From NCBI GenBank assembly GCA_002269645.1, contig NIVC01003036.1:1-36302 (forward strand): a stretch of 36,302 bases of DNA, given 5' to 3'. This DNA comes from Macrostomum lignano. Lineage: Eukaryota. A model generated the notes under the pieces. The model was not told the origin of the DNA, made no database searches, and saw only the letters and a program-made list of their open reading frames with translations. Both the position numbers and the translations under genes were made by a program. Shown here piece by piece: positions 13,391 to 26,868 of this stretch (position 1 is the stretch's first letter; the number at the start of each line of letters is the position of its first letter).

Positions 13391-14000
13391 GAGAATCGCA
13401 ATGTTTAACTTTCCAACTACTGACAAAATGAGTAGTATGCCACTGATTTGTTTTTTTACACACACATGTCCTCACTTCTGAAATATAACAATCGAACTAT
13501 AATTAGCGGAAAATGCCTGAGGTGAAATGGTCTTCTACACTGGACCGTTGTGAGGCCTTCCAGTTAGTTTGTTGATGTTGGTTACATGTGACTGCGACTG
13601 GCTGCTTGTGGAGTCCAATGGTGGGGAGATGCGTGGGATAGAGGGTGGGAGATGTGAAATAGAGGGTAGGAGATGTGGGATGGAGGGTGAGAAATGTGAG
13701 ATAGAGGGTGAGAGATCTGGGATAGAGGGTGAGAAATGTGAGATAGAGGGTGAGAGATCTGGGATAGAGGGTGAGAAATGTGAGATAGAGGGTGAGAGAT
13801 CTGGGATAGAGGGTGAGAAATGTGGGATAGAGGGGGAGAAATGTGAGATAGAGGGTGGGAGATGTGGGATAGAGGGTGGGAGATGTGGGATCGAGGGTGG
13901 GAGATGTGGGATCGAGGGTGGGAGATGTGGGATAGAGGGTGGGAGATGTGGGATAGAGGGTGGGAAATGTGAAATAGAGGGTGGGGGATGTGGGACAGAG
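13390..14000 (+). repeat. Module M, direct copy truncated at its outer end, upstream of zinc-finger copy B
   Basis: GAGAATCGCAATGTTTAACTTT... matches ~7716 onward; 21-bp array 13620-14000; 14000-14130 also resembles 8290-8440. Confidence 0.88.
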
Positions 14001-14128
14001 GGTTGCAGATATGAGAGAGGGTGTTAGAATTATTATAAAGAACAGTGCAATGATATTAGTCATATAAGAAACCTTTCAATGTACTCGTATTTGAGAAAAA
14101 ATGTACAATACTGCTAACGTTCTAAGCA

Positions 14129-14683
14129 CCAATCTGCGAGATCGACCCTCTGTACCTTTCCCTCCTGTTAATTCCCTTCTGCAAGCAGCAGTTGCTGCTA
14201 ATTCCCTCAGACCCCAACTGCTATTCCATCCGGTACAGAGTTGGCACCATTCAGCGGGGGTCCGGGGGGGGGGGTCACCCGGCCGTCGCGCCGACCCCCC
14301 GCAGCGCTCGCAGCCGCCGCAGCCGCGCCCGCCTCGTGCCGCTGCCGCCCCCCGCTGTGCCGCAGAGTCCCAGGCTGAAAACCCGAGCGTCACTGCAGCT
14401 GGGGGATTTGCGGCTCTCCGCAGCTCAACTGTCTATGGCCGGCCTCCCGCTGCGGCTGGGGACTCTCATTGGCTCTGAGCTGCCAGCCAATAGGAGCGAA
14501 GCTGCGCCCACTCAGCCTGAGGCGGCTGGGTTGGCGACCTGGGAGACACCATAAAACTGAGGCTCACCAGAAATGTTGGTTCTTCATTGTTGCTGAGCAC
14601 TGAGTCCGCCGGTCTGGGCTTCTGATAAAGACTCTCAACTCTTCCCTGCCGTGTGCTTAATTTACCAATTTTTCACTCTGGAA
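14129..14683 (+). promoter_or_regulatory. GC-rich promoter and 5'UTR block of zinc-finger copy B
   Basis: Homologous to 8441-8988; ATTGG 14468, CCAAT 14487, CATAAAA 14550. Confidence 0.6.
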
Positions 14684-15368
14684 ATGAGCTGCACCTCTGC
14701 ATCTAGCGACGTAAGTTTTGTGACTTCAATTTTGGTGTTTAGATAGATAGATAGATAGATGGATCGATAGATAGATAGATAGATAGATAGATAGAGATAG
14801 ACAGATAGATAGATAGATAGATAGATGGATAGATCTTAACCCATCTCAATCCCATTTCAATCCCACCTCAAATCCCATCTCAATTCCATCTCAATCTCAC
14901 CTCAAATCCCACCTCAATCCCATCTAAATCCCATTTCAATCCCACCTCAATTCCCATCTCAATCCCACCTCAATCCCATCTCAATCCCATCTCCATCCCA
15001 ATTCCAGATGAGCTGCAACGCCAGCAGCTGCAGCAGCGGCAGCCTGGATGAGCAGCGGGAGCTCTTCAAGACTGAGCTGTGCCGCTACTTTGAGGTACAG
15101 TGCAGTGCTGAGTCGAGTACCTGCTCATGTAATCATACCCACCCAGGAACATGCACATGATCCCTTCATTTACCTGCATACCCACCTCTCACCACACTGG
15201 CAGATGGGCAGGCCGTGTCCTTACTCAAGCAGCTGCAAATTCGCTCACGGCCAGTGTGAGCTGAAGCAGCGGCAGAGACCGAGGAACTACAAAACCAAGC
15301 AGTGCCGCTCATTCCACGGGCCGTCAGGGATTTGCAAGTACGGCTCTCGGTGCCAGTTCCTGCACTGA
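14684..15368 (+). CDS. TIS11/TTP-family tandem CCCH zinc-finger microprotein, copy B (92 aa, 3 exons)
   Basis: Exons 14684-14710, 15008-15094 and 15204-15368 with GT-AG sites. LFKTELC...FHGPSGIC...FLH*. AATAAA at 15667-15672. Confidence 0.88.
14741..15000. repeat. Intronic (GATA)n plus ATCTCAATCCC array of copy B
   Basis: Same two repeats as in copy A intron 1, but shorter. Confidence 0.93.
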
Positions 15369-15794
15369 ATAATCGCTAAATGCCCTATGCGCTTCGATTG
15401 CTACTCACAACAGTAGTGTTTTGATATCAGCTGCGAGTGACTGATCTTCAATGATTCTGTAAATATGCTTTCATACCCGCTTCGGCGATTTTCTTACCGT
15501 AGTGTTTTGTTGAGGTTTTATTTATTAATATACATTGCTGTCAAGTCAACGCCTTTCTGCTCCTAATATCCAGCTGTTTAATAATATTTCTATTTGCTTT
15601 GTTGTATTATGGTAATATTTAACTGTATCTGCACCTACGCTGTTCTGTGTGTCATGTCACATTATTAATAAAAGATTTTATTTCTGATCCAATATGAAGT
15701 GCTTGAATGAATTTCAATAGTTTCCTTACCGCGTAAATCAGCTGGTAATGACCAAGATTTAATTTGATCGCTTAAAGACAACTGTGCATTTTAC

Positions 15795-16710
15795 TGCACC
15801 TCCCTGCATCTCCCTGCTCCTCCCTACATCTCCCTGCACCTCCCTACATCCTCTGCGTCCCACTGCATCTCCCTGCACCTCCCTACATCCTCTGCGTCCC
15901 ACTGCATCTCCCTGCACCTCCCTGCATCCTCTGCGTCCCACTGCATCTCCCTGCACCTCCCTACATCTCCCTGCACCTCCCTGCACCTCCCTACATCCTC
16001 TGCGTCCCACTGCATCTCCCTGCACCTCCCTACATCTCCCTGCACCTCCCTGCACCTCCCTACATCTCCCTGCACCTCCCTGCACCTCCCTACATCCTCT
16101 GCGTCCCACTGCATCTCCCTGCACCTCCCTACATCTCCCTGCACCTCCCTACATCTCCCTGCACCTCCCTACATCTCCCTGCACCTCCCTGCACCTCCCT
16201 ACATCTCCCTGCACCTCCCTACATCTCCCTGCACCTCCCTGCACCTCCCTGCATCTCCCTGCACCTCCCTACATCTCCCTGCCCCTCCCTGCACCTCCCT
16301 ACATCCTATGCATCCCCCTGCATCCCCCTGCACCTCCCTACATCTCCCTGCCCCTCCCTGCACCTCCCTACATCCTATTCGTCCCCCTGCACCTCCCTGC
16401 ATCTCCCTGCACCTCCCAACATCTCCCTGCACCTCCCTGCACCTCCCTGCACCTCCCTGCACCTCCCTACATCCTATGCATCCCCCTGCATCTCCCTACA
16501 TCCTATGCATCCCCCTGCACCTCCCTGCACCTCCCTACATCCTATGCATCCCCCTGCACCTCCCTGCACCTCCCTACATCCTATGCATCCCCCTGCACCT
16601 TCCTGCACCTCCCTACATCCTATGCATCCCCCTGCATCTCCCTACATCCTATGCATCCCCCCTGCATCTCCCTGAATCTCCCTATATCCTATGCATCCCC
16701 CTGCATGTGA
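15795..16710. repeat. CA(T/C)CTCCCT(G/A) 10-bp-family minisatellite with CATCCTCTGCGTCCCACTG variants
   Basis: Directly visible downstream of copy B. Confidence 0.95.
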
Positions 16711-17125
16711 CGCATCTCTCACCCTCTGCCCCAGACCTCCCCATCAGGTCATGTGCCCTACTTCACTGGTATAAAACCGTAATCACCAAGAAACAGGAGG
16801 GTCTGACAGCGGTCAGTATTGAAGCTGCAATGAACACGAGAGAATGTGCACGTCATACATTGGCTCATAATTAGTTCTATTATATCATATTTCACAAGTT
16901 CGGACATGTGTGTATAAAAATAAACAAATCAGAAGCCGGTTATCGCATACTACTTTGTTCATCAGTAGTTGGAAAGCTAAACAATGCGATTCTGTGGTTG
17001 CCAAGACTGCCTTACAGAAATTAACTGGTAATTACTGGGCATACAAATTGTTTATTAAAGCTTTTAAGCAAACAGTTTCAGAACCTGGGATCTGAAAGTC
17101 AAATTACTTGAGCTCAGTAATGTTA
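16710..17125 (-). repeat. Module M, diverged inverted copy (right of copy B)
   Basis: 16870-17045 aligns with 11720-11890 (TTCACAAGTTCGGACATGTGTGT...AATTACTGGGCA). GAAAGTCAA...GAGCTCAGTAA at ~17094-17120 matches ~11941-11963. Confidence 0.75.
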
Positions 17126-17189
17126 AGAAAGTTGGAAAAATGTCTTCGAAATGCAATTCCTCAGCATTTCGGTAGCTTTTGGAGTTGAA

Positions 17190-17850
17190 GTGGAATTGGA
17201 TGCATGGAGATGCTTGGGATGCATGGAGATGCTTGGGATGCAGGGAGATGCTTGGGATGCATGGAGATGCTTGGGATGCAGGGAGATGCTTGGGATGCAG
17301 GGAGATGCTTGGGATGCAGGGAGATGCTTGGGATGCAGGGAGATGCTTGGGATGCAGGGAGATGCTTGGGATGCAGGGAGATGCTTGGGATGCAGGGAGA
17401 TGCTTGGGATGCAGGGAGATGCTTGGGATGCAGGAAGATGCATGGGATGCAAGGAGATGCATGAAAGGTAGGGAGTTACAGGGATGCAGGGAAATCGTGG
17501 GATGCGGGGAGTTGCATGAGATGCAGGAAGATGGATGGGATGCAGGGGCAGGGAGATGCAGGGGATGCAGAGGATGTAGGGAGGTGCAGGGAGATGCAGG
17601 GGACGCAGAGGATGTAGGGAGGTGCAGGGAGATGCAGTGGGACGCAGAGGATGTAGGGAGGTGCAGGGAGGTGCAGGGAGATGTAGGGAGGTGCAGGGAG
17701 ATGCAGTGGGACGCAGAGGATGCAGGGAGGTGCAGGGAGATGCAGTGGGACGCAGAGGATGTAGGGAGGTGCAGGGAGATGCAGTGGGACGCAGAGGATG
17801 TAGGGAGGTGCAGGGAGATGTAGGGAGGAGCAGGGAGATGCAGGGAGGTG
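17190..17850. repeat. Inverted 10-bp-family minisatellite, including a 19-bp GGGATGCAGGGAGATGCTT array
   Basis: 17611-17850 is the reverse complement of 15795-16035, including the order of unit variants. Confidence 0.94.
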
Positions 17851-18278
17851 CAGTAAAATGCACAGTTGTCTTTAAGCGATCAAATTAAATCTTGGTCATT
17901 ACCAGCTGATTTACGCGGTAAGGAAACTATTGAAATTCATTCAAGCACTTCATATTGGATCAGAAATAAAATCTTTTATTAATAATGTGACATGACACAC
18001 AGAACAGCGTAGGTGCAGATACAGTTAAATATTACCATAATACAACAAAGCAAATAGAAATATTATTAAACAGCTGGATATTAGGAGCAGAAAGGCGTTG
18101 ACTTGACAGCAATGTATATTAATAAATAAAACCTCAACAAAACACTACGGTAAGAAAATCGCCGAAGCGGGTATGAAAGCATATTTACAGAATCATTGAA
18201 GATCAGTCACTCGCAGCTGATATCAAAACACTACTGTTGTGAGTAGCAATCGAAGCGCATAGGGCATTTAGCGATTAT

Positions 18279-19512
<1,234 letters not shown>

Positions 19513-20051
19513 TTCCAGAGTGAAAAATTGGTAAATTAAGCACACGGCAGGGAAGAGTTGAGAGTCTTTGTCACAAGCCCAGACCGGCGGACTCAGGGCT
19601 CAGCAACAATGAATAACCAACATTTCTGGTGAGCCTCAGTTTTATGGTGTCTCCCAGGTCGCCAACCCAGCCGCCTCAGGCTGAGTGGAGGCAGCTTCGC
19701 TCCTATTGGCTGGCAGCTCAGAGCCAATGAGAGTCCCCAGCCGCAGCGGGAGGCCGGCCATAGACAGTTGAGCTGCGGAGAGCCGCAAATCCCCCAGCTG
19801 CAGTGACGCTCGGGTTTTCAGCCTGGGAAAACTGCGGCGCAGCGGGGGGCGGCAGCGGCACGAGGCGGGCGCGGCTGCGGCGGCTGCGAGCGCTGCGGGG
19901 GTCGGCGCGACGGCCGGGTGACCCCCCCGGACCCCCGCTGAATGGTGCCAACTCTGTACCGGATGGAATAGCAGTTGGGGTCTGAGGGAATTAGCAGCAG
20001 TTGCTGCTTGCAGAAGGGAATTAACAGGAGGGAAAGGTACAGAGGGTCGAT
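19513..20051 (-). promoter_or_regulatory. GC-rich promoter and 5'UTR block of zinc-finger copy C
   Basis: Reverse complement of 14131-14683; homology stops abruptly at 20051, before a CT-rich tract. Confidence 0.6.
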
Positions 20052-20059
20052 CTCTTTCA

Positions 20060-20153
20060 CTGTCCCTTAATGTCACTGACTGTCTCTCAATTTCTTCTCA
20101 CTGTCCCTCTATCTCCCTCTCACAGTCTCCCTCTCACTGTCTCTATCTCCCTC

Positions 20154-20200
<47 letters not shown>

Positions 20201-20230
20201 TTCACTGTCTCCCTATCTCCCTCTCTTCCG
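20060..20230. repeat. CT-rich simple repeat including (CT)n
   Basis: Directly visible. Confidence 0.85.
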
Positions 20231-21669
20231 TCCTCTCCGCCCTCTCTTCGGCCTGGGGAGAAGCCTTCGGTGACTTGCATTTACTCTCATGTCAGCTACA
20301 GAGTTTTAACTCGAGTTTAGTCACTAACCGCTAATTAGCGCTACATGTAGGATGTCTACAGCTTGGAAACAAGGATTAAAATGTGTTGTTTAATTTCTAA
20401 ACCGGCCGAATTCCGTACCACAACGGAATTTTTGTTTATTTATCTTAACATCCTTTTAAAGACAGCCACCATTTAAGTGTTGGAGATTCGAATTGAAATT
20501 GTGATTTATGATGCGATAATTGGGTGACAATATTTTCTGAAAAGTCGATATGCTCGTTCGAATGTTGTATTGAGGGTGGGGCAAATTTAAAGCATGGATA
20601 CTGCGTTTGTGGTGTTGCGTCACTTTGAAGAATAGACCCAGTGCGGCCTACTAAGCCGCAAATAGCAGCAATATGCTTTTAACAAAACACTCTTTGATAT
20701 TGATGAGATTAATCGAGATGCGGAGAGGTGAGAAGAGAGAGCGGGAGAGAATAGCCGGAGATATGAGTATATGCATCAAAGAAAGTTCAATCAATCCCAA
20801 CCAGGATTCACATCAAGTGATCACAGGTTTTTAATTCACCCAAAGCAATATTTTTTAATACTCAAAGCCCCTGGACCCCCCCCCCCTCCAAGAAGATATA
20901 CAACGGAACAAAAACATTTGTCGCATAACACAACAGGGCATAAAGTATCAAGTTACAGCGCGAGTGCTTATTGTAACAGTCGGAATTGTGCAGTCAAATT
21001 GCAATCTGCAGTGCGGCAAGTCATACGAGCCGTATATCACTTGACGAATGAAGACACGAACCATAAAATATATATTGACAGTAGCTGCATGCCTAACTTT
21101 AACTGCACTCGCTGGCTCCTTTGAGCTCCACCAAGGAGAAGCAGAAATTATAACTTGATACAATTACTCTCTCAGTTCCATGTATCTGCTGCTGGTGGTC
21201 TGGTCTGGTTCGCCCAGAGCCTGTGGCCTGACTTCTCTCTTTCATCAGGATCAACCCAGCCATGCGCTACAAGTATCAAATTGCCAAACCATATCTGGTT
21301 CAGTGGCAGGACCGAACAAACACATCCACGCAAAATCGTCTTCAATGCTTGCAGACTCCTGTAGGCACAGACAAATGTAGCTCAGTGGGGAATCCCAGAG
21401 TCATTGAAGGAAAGAAGTGACTCTCTAGAAGACTAAAATAATCGCATTTCAAATTTTTAGCAACTCTGTTTAGTCTACTTGAGTTAGTAGAGAAGAAATT
21501 TTAGCGCTAATACAACTTTGGACCATTTAAAACACGTAAAGCACTTGTGACTCAACAGTTGCCACTCCATCATCGCATTGCAGTCGTTTGAGTCGTTAAA
21601 AAGTCACAATTGAGTTGCCCCCGAGTCTCTAGAGTCAGTAGTAAGTTGTTTTCTTCAAAATGCTATATG

Positions 21670-22170
21670 ATGAGGGAGATGTAGGGAGATACTGAGGGCA
21701 GATGTAAGGGGATACTGAGGGGATATGCAGGGAGATACTCAGGAGATGTAGGGAGATGCTATGAGATGTGAGGAGATGCTGTGAGGAGATGTAGGGAGAT
21801 GCTGTGAGATGTAGGGAGATACAGTGAGGAGATGTAGGGAGATACAGTGAGGAGATGTAGGGAGATACAGTGAGGAGATGTAGGGAGATACAGTGAGGAG
21901 ATGTAGGGAGATGCTATGAGATGTGAGGAGATGCTGTGAGGATATGTAGGGAGATACAGAGATGTAGGGAGATGCTGTGAGATGTAGGGAGATGTAGGGA
22001 GATACAGTGAGGAGATGTAGGGAGATACAGTGAGGAGATGTAGGGAGATGCTGTGAGATGTAGGGAGATGTAGGGAGATACAGTGAGGAGATGTAGGGAG
22101 ATACAGTGAGGAGATGTAGGGAGATACAGTGAGGAGATGTAGGGAGATGCTGTGAGATGTAGGGAGATAC
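21670..22170. repeat. ~23-bp minisatellite GAGATGTAGGGAGATACAGTGAG
   Basis: Directly visible. Confidence 0.94.
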
Positions 22171-22769
22171 CCAGGCCAAATACGAAGAGTTCAGTCAGGT
22201 ATTGAAGCCAGCCAGAGGTTGTCTATAACTAGGCTTAACTAGACTGAGTGTTGGCCAACAAGAACCTCAGTTGCTGCCATGGTGGGCCTGTTTCGCACAG
22301 GGCACACACGAACAGGAATCTTACAATACAAACCAAAATGCAAACAATATGAATCAGTAGATGCGTTTTTCCGGTTGAAAAATTGATACACACACGACTG
22401 TAACTGATATCAGTATCAATTGATAAACACAATTAAGGCAACTGCAGTTTTGTTGCATTTTGTAAGAAAGCAGAGTTACCAGGCCAAAAGAATAACTTGT
22501 ATATTCGAATATATTTAATAACAAATATAAAACATGCAAATTACCAATTATTTAGATGCAAAAAAGAGATCAGTTATTTTGAATGCTGCCAAAAAGGTGC
22601 AGAAAGTGTGTAACATTGTTCACGTTTACACAGACAGTTTCACTTAATATGAGGAGTCATAAATTTCAGGATGCATCAAAAAGCGCGACACGGGCACGCA
22701 ATCTAAAATATAACATTGTGACAAGCCTCTAAAAGCCATTTTATTTCTTTAAGATTATAACTCCACACC

Positions 22770-23240
22770 CTGTATCTCCTCACATTACCTCCCTACATCT
22801 TACAGTTATCTACCTACATCTCTCACAGTATCTCCCAACATCTCCTCACAGTATCTCCCAACATCTCTTCTCAGTATCTCCCAACATCTCCTCACAGTAT
22901 CTCCCAACATCTCCTCACAGTATCTCCCAACATCTCCTCACAGTATCTCCCAACATCTCCTCACAGTATCTCCCAACATCTCCTCACAGTATCTCCCTAC
23001 ATCTCCTCACATTACCTCCCTATATCTCACTCAGTATCTCCCTACATCTCCCCCAGTATCTCCCTACATCTCCCCTCAGTATCTCTCTACATCTCTTCTC
23101 AGTATCTCCCTACATCTCCCCTCAGTATCTCCCTACATCTCCGCTCAGTATCTCCCTACCTTTCATCACAGGATCTCCCTACATCTCCGCTCAGTATCTC
23201 CTTACATCTCCCCTCAGTATCTCCCTACATCTCGCTACAT
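22770..23240. repeat. ~23-bp minisatellite CTCACAGTATCTCCC(A/T)ACATCTC, inverted relative of 21670-22170
   Basis: The unit is nearly the reverse complement of the previous array. Confidence 0.93.
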
Positions 23241-23255
23241 AAAAGCACACGAATT

Positions 23256-24863
23256 TCAACTGGCCAAGTCGAACAGCTGAGGTGCAACACTAACAAGAGC
23301 GGCTTCACCAACACGATTCAACAAAGCCATCACCATGGCAACAGCATCGTTGCTAAGCAAATCAATACCAATCAAAGCCGATCGACTCACTAAAATTGGG
23401 GCAGTAAACAAATGAAACAATTTAATGCTACTCTTCAAATTAGTTAATCCGTTAATCCAATAATTGGGATTATCATCAAATCCGACATGGCCCCTCTGCA
23501 AGCTACTGAGCAGTCTGTGCCAGTTTGGCCTACCAACAGCCAGCACTGTGAGCACAGCTTGAGCAGCAAGGAAAGCGGCCAGCCCAGCATTCGACATGGG
23601 CATATGTGGCCGATAAAATTTCCGATAATAAACCAGATAAGGTAGCACAGCTAGGCAGACAGCTAAACCAATCAGTTCAAGGATGCTGGAGGGATCTGGT
23701 GGGAAATACCTGATGCCAGGAGTGAAGCTGTCAGCTGTCTGAAGAATTGCTACAGCTGGAGACCTGTTTGATTTCTGTGCAGTCTGGTAGTCTATTAGAG
23801 TTCGAAGTTTTTTAACCGAATCCAGTTTGGCCAGGTAGTTGCCGGGCAAAACTGCCAACCAGCTGGCGTGGGGGTCAGCTGAGGTCATGGCTGACAGGCA
23901 CCACAACTGCGACTGGACTCTTGCGCTGGTGCTGCTGCGGTTGCTGCAATAGAAGTGAAAGCAATATTGGTGACGCGATGCGACTGAATGTGATGAGATG
24001 AAGGGATGGTTTACTCTCTCTAATCTCACCTAGTCTCTAGTCTCACCCAGAATGTATCTCACTGTTTCTTTAATCTCACCCAGTCTCTAATCTCACTCAG
24101 AATGTATCTCATTTTTTCTCTAATCTCAACCTGTTTCTAAACTCACCAGTCTCTAATCTCACAGTCTCTAATCTCACAAAACCTGTCTCTAATCTTACAG
24201 TCTCTAATCTAATCTCATCCTGTCTCTGATCTCACCTAGTCTCTAATCTCATCCTGTCTCTAATCTAACCCACTCTCTAATTTTACCTAGTCTCTAATCT
24301 CACCCAGTCTCATACCGATATTAAGAATTAAGAGCGAACCTTTTCGAATCACCCTGCAGCCGTTTCCTTGGCCCCAGCACAGGCAGCGCGGTGCCCCAGG
24401 CGGCAAGGTCGGAGCCCACCACTCCGTCATCGCTGCAGATGAACACCCGCAGGCTGCCAAATCCGCTACTCTGCTTGGCCTCGAAATTGGCTGACAAGAG
24501 CAGAGCGTGAGCAGACCGAGCCAAGCAGCCAGCATCATCAGCTGATGACGTCAGCAAACCAATGGAGAGATTCTGACCATGATTAGTTTTTCTATTGCTG
24601 CTAGACTTGCCAGACAGATAAGACCAGCTGGAACCCGACAGCCGATTAATAAAATTCCTGGCCTCTAGAGATGCGGCATCAGTATGCCTCTTTGACAATC
24701 TTCTATCGCCAATATAATAAGCAGAGCCGGGCATATGACTGCACAGCAATGGCAGCACAATGCAGAACTGCAGCAGCAGTTGCAGAGTCATAATCCTTGT
24801 TGGCAAGCCCATGGTGAAGGTGCGCCACAGCATCTTGTAGGAGAACATCGGCATAAACAGCAT
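23256..24863 (-). CDS. PGAP4: PGAP4/TMEM246-like membrane protein (GPI GalNAc-transferase family) with degenerate catalytic motifs; 2 exons
   Basis: Exons 24863-24340 and 23943-23256, with a phase-2 intron (AG|GTTCGC...TTGCAG|C). Segments match recalled human PGAP4: FCIVLPLLCSHMPGSAYYI ~ FGLLAPLACHRLLHSYFYL; LRVFICS ~ QLFLCN; YFPPDPSSILELIG ~ YINPEPMRILEWVG; VLAVGRPNW ~ VELVGRHYF. Confidence 0.7.
24020..24310. repeat. Degenerate TCTCTAATCTCAC repeat within the PGAP4-like intron
   Basis: TCTCTAATCT recurs about 12 times. Confidence 0.85.
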
Positions 24864-24914
24864 CGCTCTGCATGCATTACAGATTGACACAAATACTACT
24901 GAAATCAGTACTCT

Positions 24915-26075
24915 TGAAAGGGGAATTGGGAAGACTCTTGAAGGGGAATTAAGAAGAATCTTGAAGGGGATTTGGGAAGACTCTTCAAGGGGAATTGGGA
25001 AGACTCCTAAGAGTAATTTGGGAGACTCTTGAAAGGGGAATAGGGAAGACTCTTCAAGGGGAATTGGGAAGACTCCTGAGAGGAATTTGGGAGACTCTTA
25101 AAGGGGAATTGGGAAGACTCTTGAAAGGGGAATTGGGAAGACTCTTCAAGGGGAATTGGGAAGACTCTTGAAAGGGGAATTGGGAAGACTCTTCAAGGGG
25201 AATTGGGAAGACTCTTCAAGGGGAATTGGGAAGACTCTTGAAAGGGGAATTGGGAAGACTCTTGAAGGGGAATTAGGAAGTTTCTTGAAGGGGGAATTGG
25301 GAAAAATCTTGAAGGGGAATTGGGAAGACTCTTGAAGGGGAATTGGGAAGACTCTTGAAGGGGAATTGGGAAGACTCTTGAAGGGAATGGGAAGACTCTT
25401 GAGGGGAATTGGGAAGACTCTTGAAGGGGAATTGGGAAGACTCTTGAAGGGGAATTGGGAAGACTCTTGAAGGGGAATTGGGAAGACTCTTGAAGGGAAT
25501 GGGAAGACTCTTGAGGGGGAATTGGGAAGACTCTTGAAGGGCAATTGGGAAGACTCTTGAGGGGGAATTGGGAAGACTCTTTAAGGGGAATTGGGAAGAC
25601 TCTTGAAGGGGAATTGGGAAGACTCTTGAAGGGGAATTGGGAAGACTCCTGAGGGGGGATTGGGAAGACTCTTGAAGGGAATGGGAAGACTCTTGAAGGG
25701 GAATTGGGAAGTTTCTTGAAGGGGGAATTGGGAAAAATCTTGAAGGGGAATTGGGAAGACTCTTGAAGGGGAATTGGGAAGACTCTTGAAGGGGAATTGG
25801 GAAGACTCTTGAAGGGAATGGGAAGACTCTTGAGGGGGAATTGGGGAGACTCTTGAAGGGGAATTGGGAAGACTCTTGAAGGGGAATTGGGAAGACTCTT
25901 GAAGGGGAATTGGGAAGACTCTTGAAGGGAATGGGAAGACTCTTGAGGGGGAATTGGGAAGACTCTTGAAGGGCAATTGGGAAGACTCTTGAGGGGGAAT
26001 TGGGAAGACTCTTGAAGGGGAATTGGGAAGACTCTTGAAGGGGGATTGGGAAGACTCTCGAAGGGTAATTGGGAA
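24915..26075. repeat. 23-bp minisatellite GGGGAATTGGGAAGACTCTTGAA with a ~431-bp internal higher-order duplication
   Basis: Period 23 (25322/25345). Rare variants GAAAAATCTT (25301/25732) and GGGCAATT (25542/25974) recur at ~431-432 bp. Confidence 0.96.
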
Positions 26076-26484
26076 GAACACATACAGGCGCGGCAATACT
26101 GTACACAGTAACGCACTCATACAGACGCTCACACAGGGTGCACAGCGCGCGCGGCCCTTTGACCTTCTAATCGTCAGACATGTACAGTACAATACAAGTC
26201 AGTAGTACTTAGCGTTTATGTATTGTAATTTTAAAAAGGAAAAATAAGACAACACAAAAACAATAACTAGACTGAGTAGTAAAATGAAAACACGTGAACT
26301 TTTATTTAACGACTCAAACAGACACTTTGGTATTTGGTGTGTTCACCTTTTCAGGCGCAAACATGAGATGTTAGTTAATAGCTAAATTTTATGGTATTAG
26401 GGTTCTTAAACAAATGGTTAGCTAATTTTATCTATGCCATTTCAAACTAACAAGCTGAACACTACAAATAGCATTGTAACTTTT

Positions 26485-26750
26485 CTTAGAAAGCCTAGTG
26501 CTTAGAGCGTCGGGGGTTCGATTCCCGATCCCATTAGGAACAATTTGTGTCCTTGAGCCAGATACTTATAACTCTGCATTGCTTCAGTTCCGCACCCAGC
26601 TGTGAAATGGGTGCCAGCATTAGCTGGGGTAATTGAGGCTGTGTGTGGCGACCCCCCCCCTCCAGTCCTTGGACTGAACAGCCGTACGCAGCCTTCAGAT
26701 GTCGGTTGCACATCTTCCCATTGGGGCAGGTGTATCAAATTATTATTAGT
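26485..26750 (+). mobile_element. tRNA-derived SINE with CORE(MIR)-like central domain
   Basis: A-box-like AAGCCTAGTGC 26491-26501 and B-box GGTTCGATTCC 26515-26525. The following GTGTCCTTGAGCCAGATACTT...CTTCAGTT...CAGCTGTGAAATGGG resembles the recalled CORE consensus. (TTA)n-like tail at ~26740. Confidence 0.7.
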
Positions 26751-26868
26751 AACTAAATGAGGATCTGGCATTTAAAGATTTAAATTTAAGAAAAACTAAA
26801 AATATTCATATCTCACTACTCATTACTTGCATAACATATAGTAGTACTAATTCAGACAGACGCAATGT

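Noticed and set aside
12629-13475. His/Thr/Ser-rich ORFs
   Set aside because: Read-through of the 20-bp and 17-bp arrays.
15759-17888. Pro/Cys-rich and GRCREM-type ORFs (also 10685-11137, 25146-26192, 28072-28736, 31336-31885, 34488-35441, 35968-36283)
   Set aside because: All are translations of minisatellites in several frames at once.
20948-21380. Short ORFs and a good minus-strand acceptor (CCTACAG| near 21363) as a fifth operon gene
   Set aside because: All frames close within ~65 codons, with no recognisable motif or coding bias; may be UTR or non-coding.
26485-26540. tRNA gene
   Set aside because: A/B boxes are present but there is no cloverleaf or anticodon arm, and it continues into a CORE-like body, so it is called a SINE.
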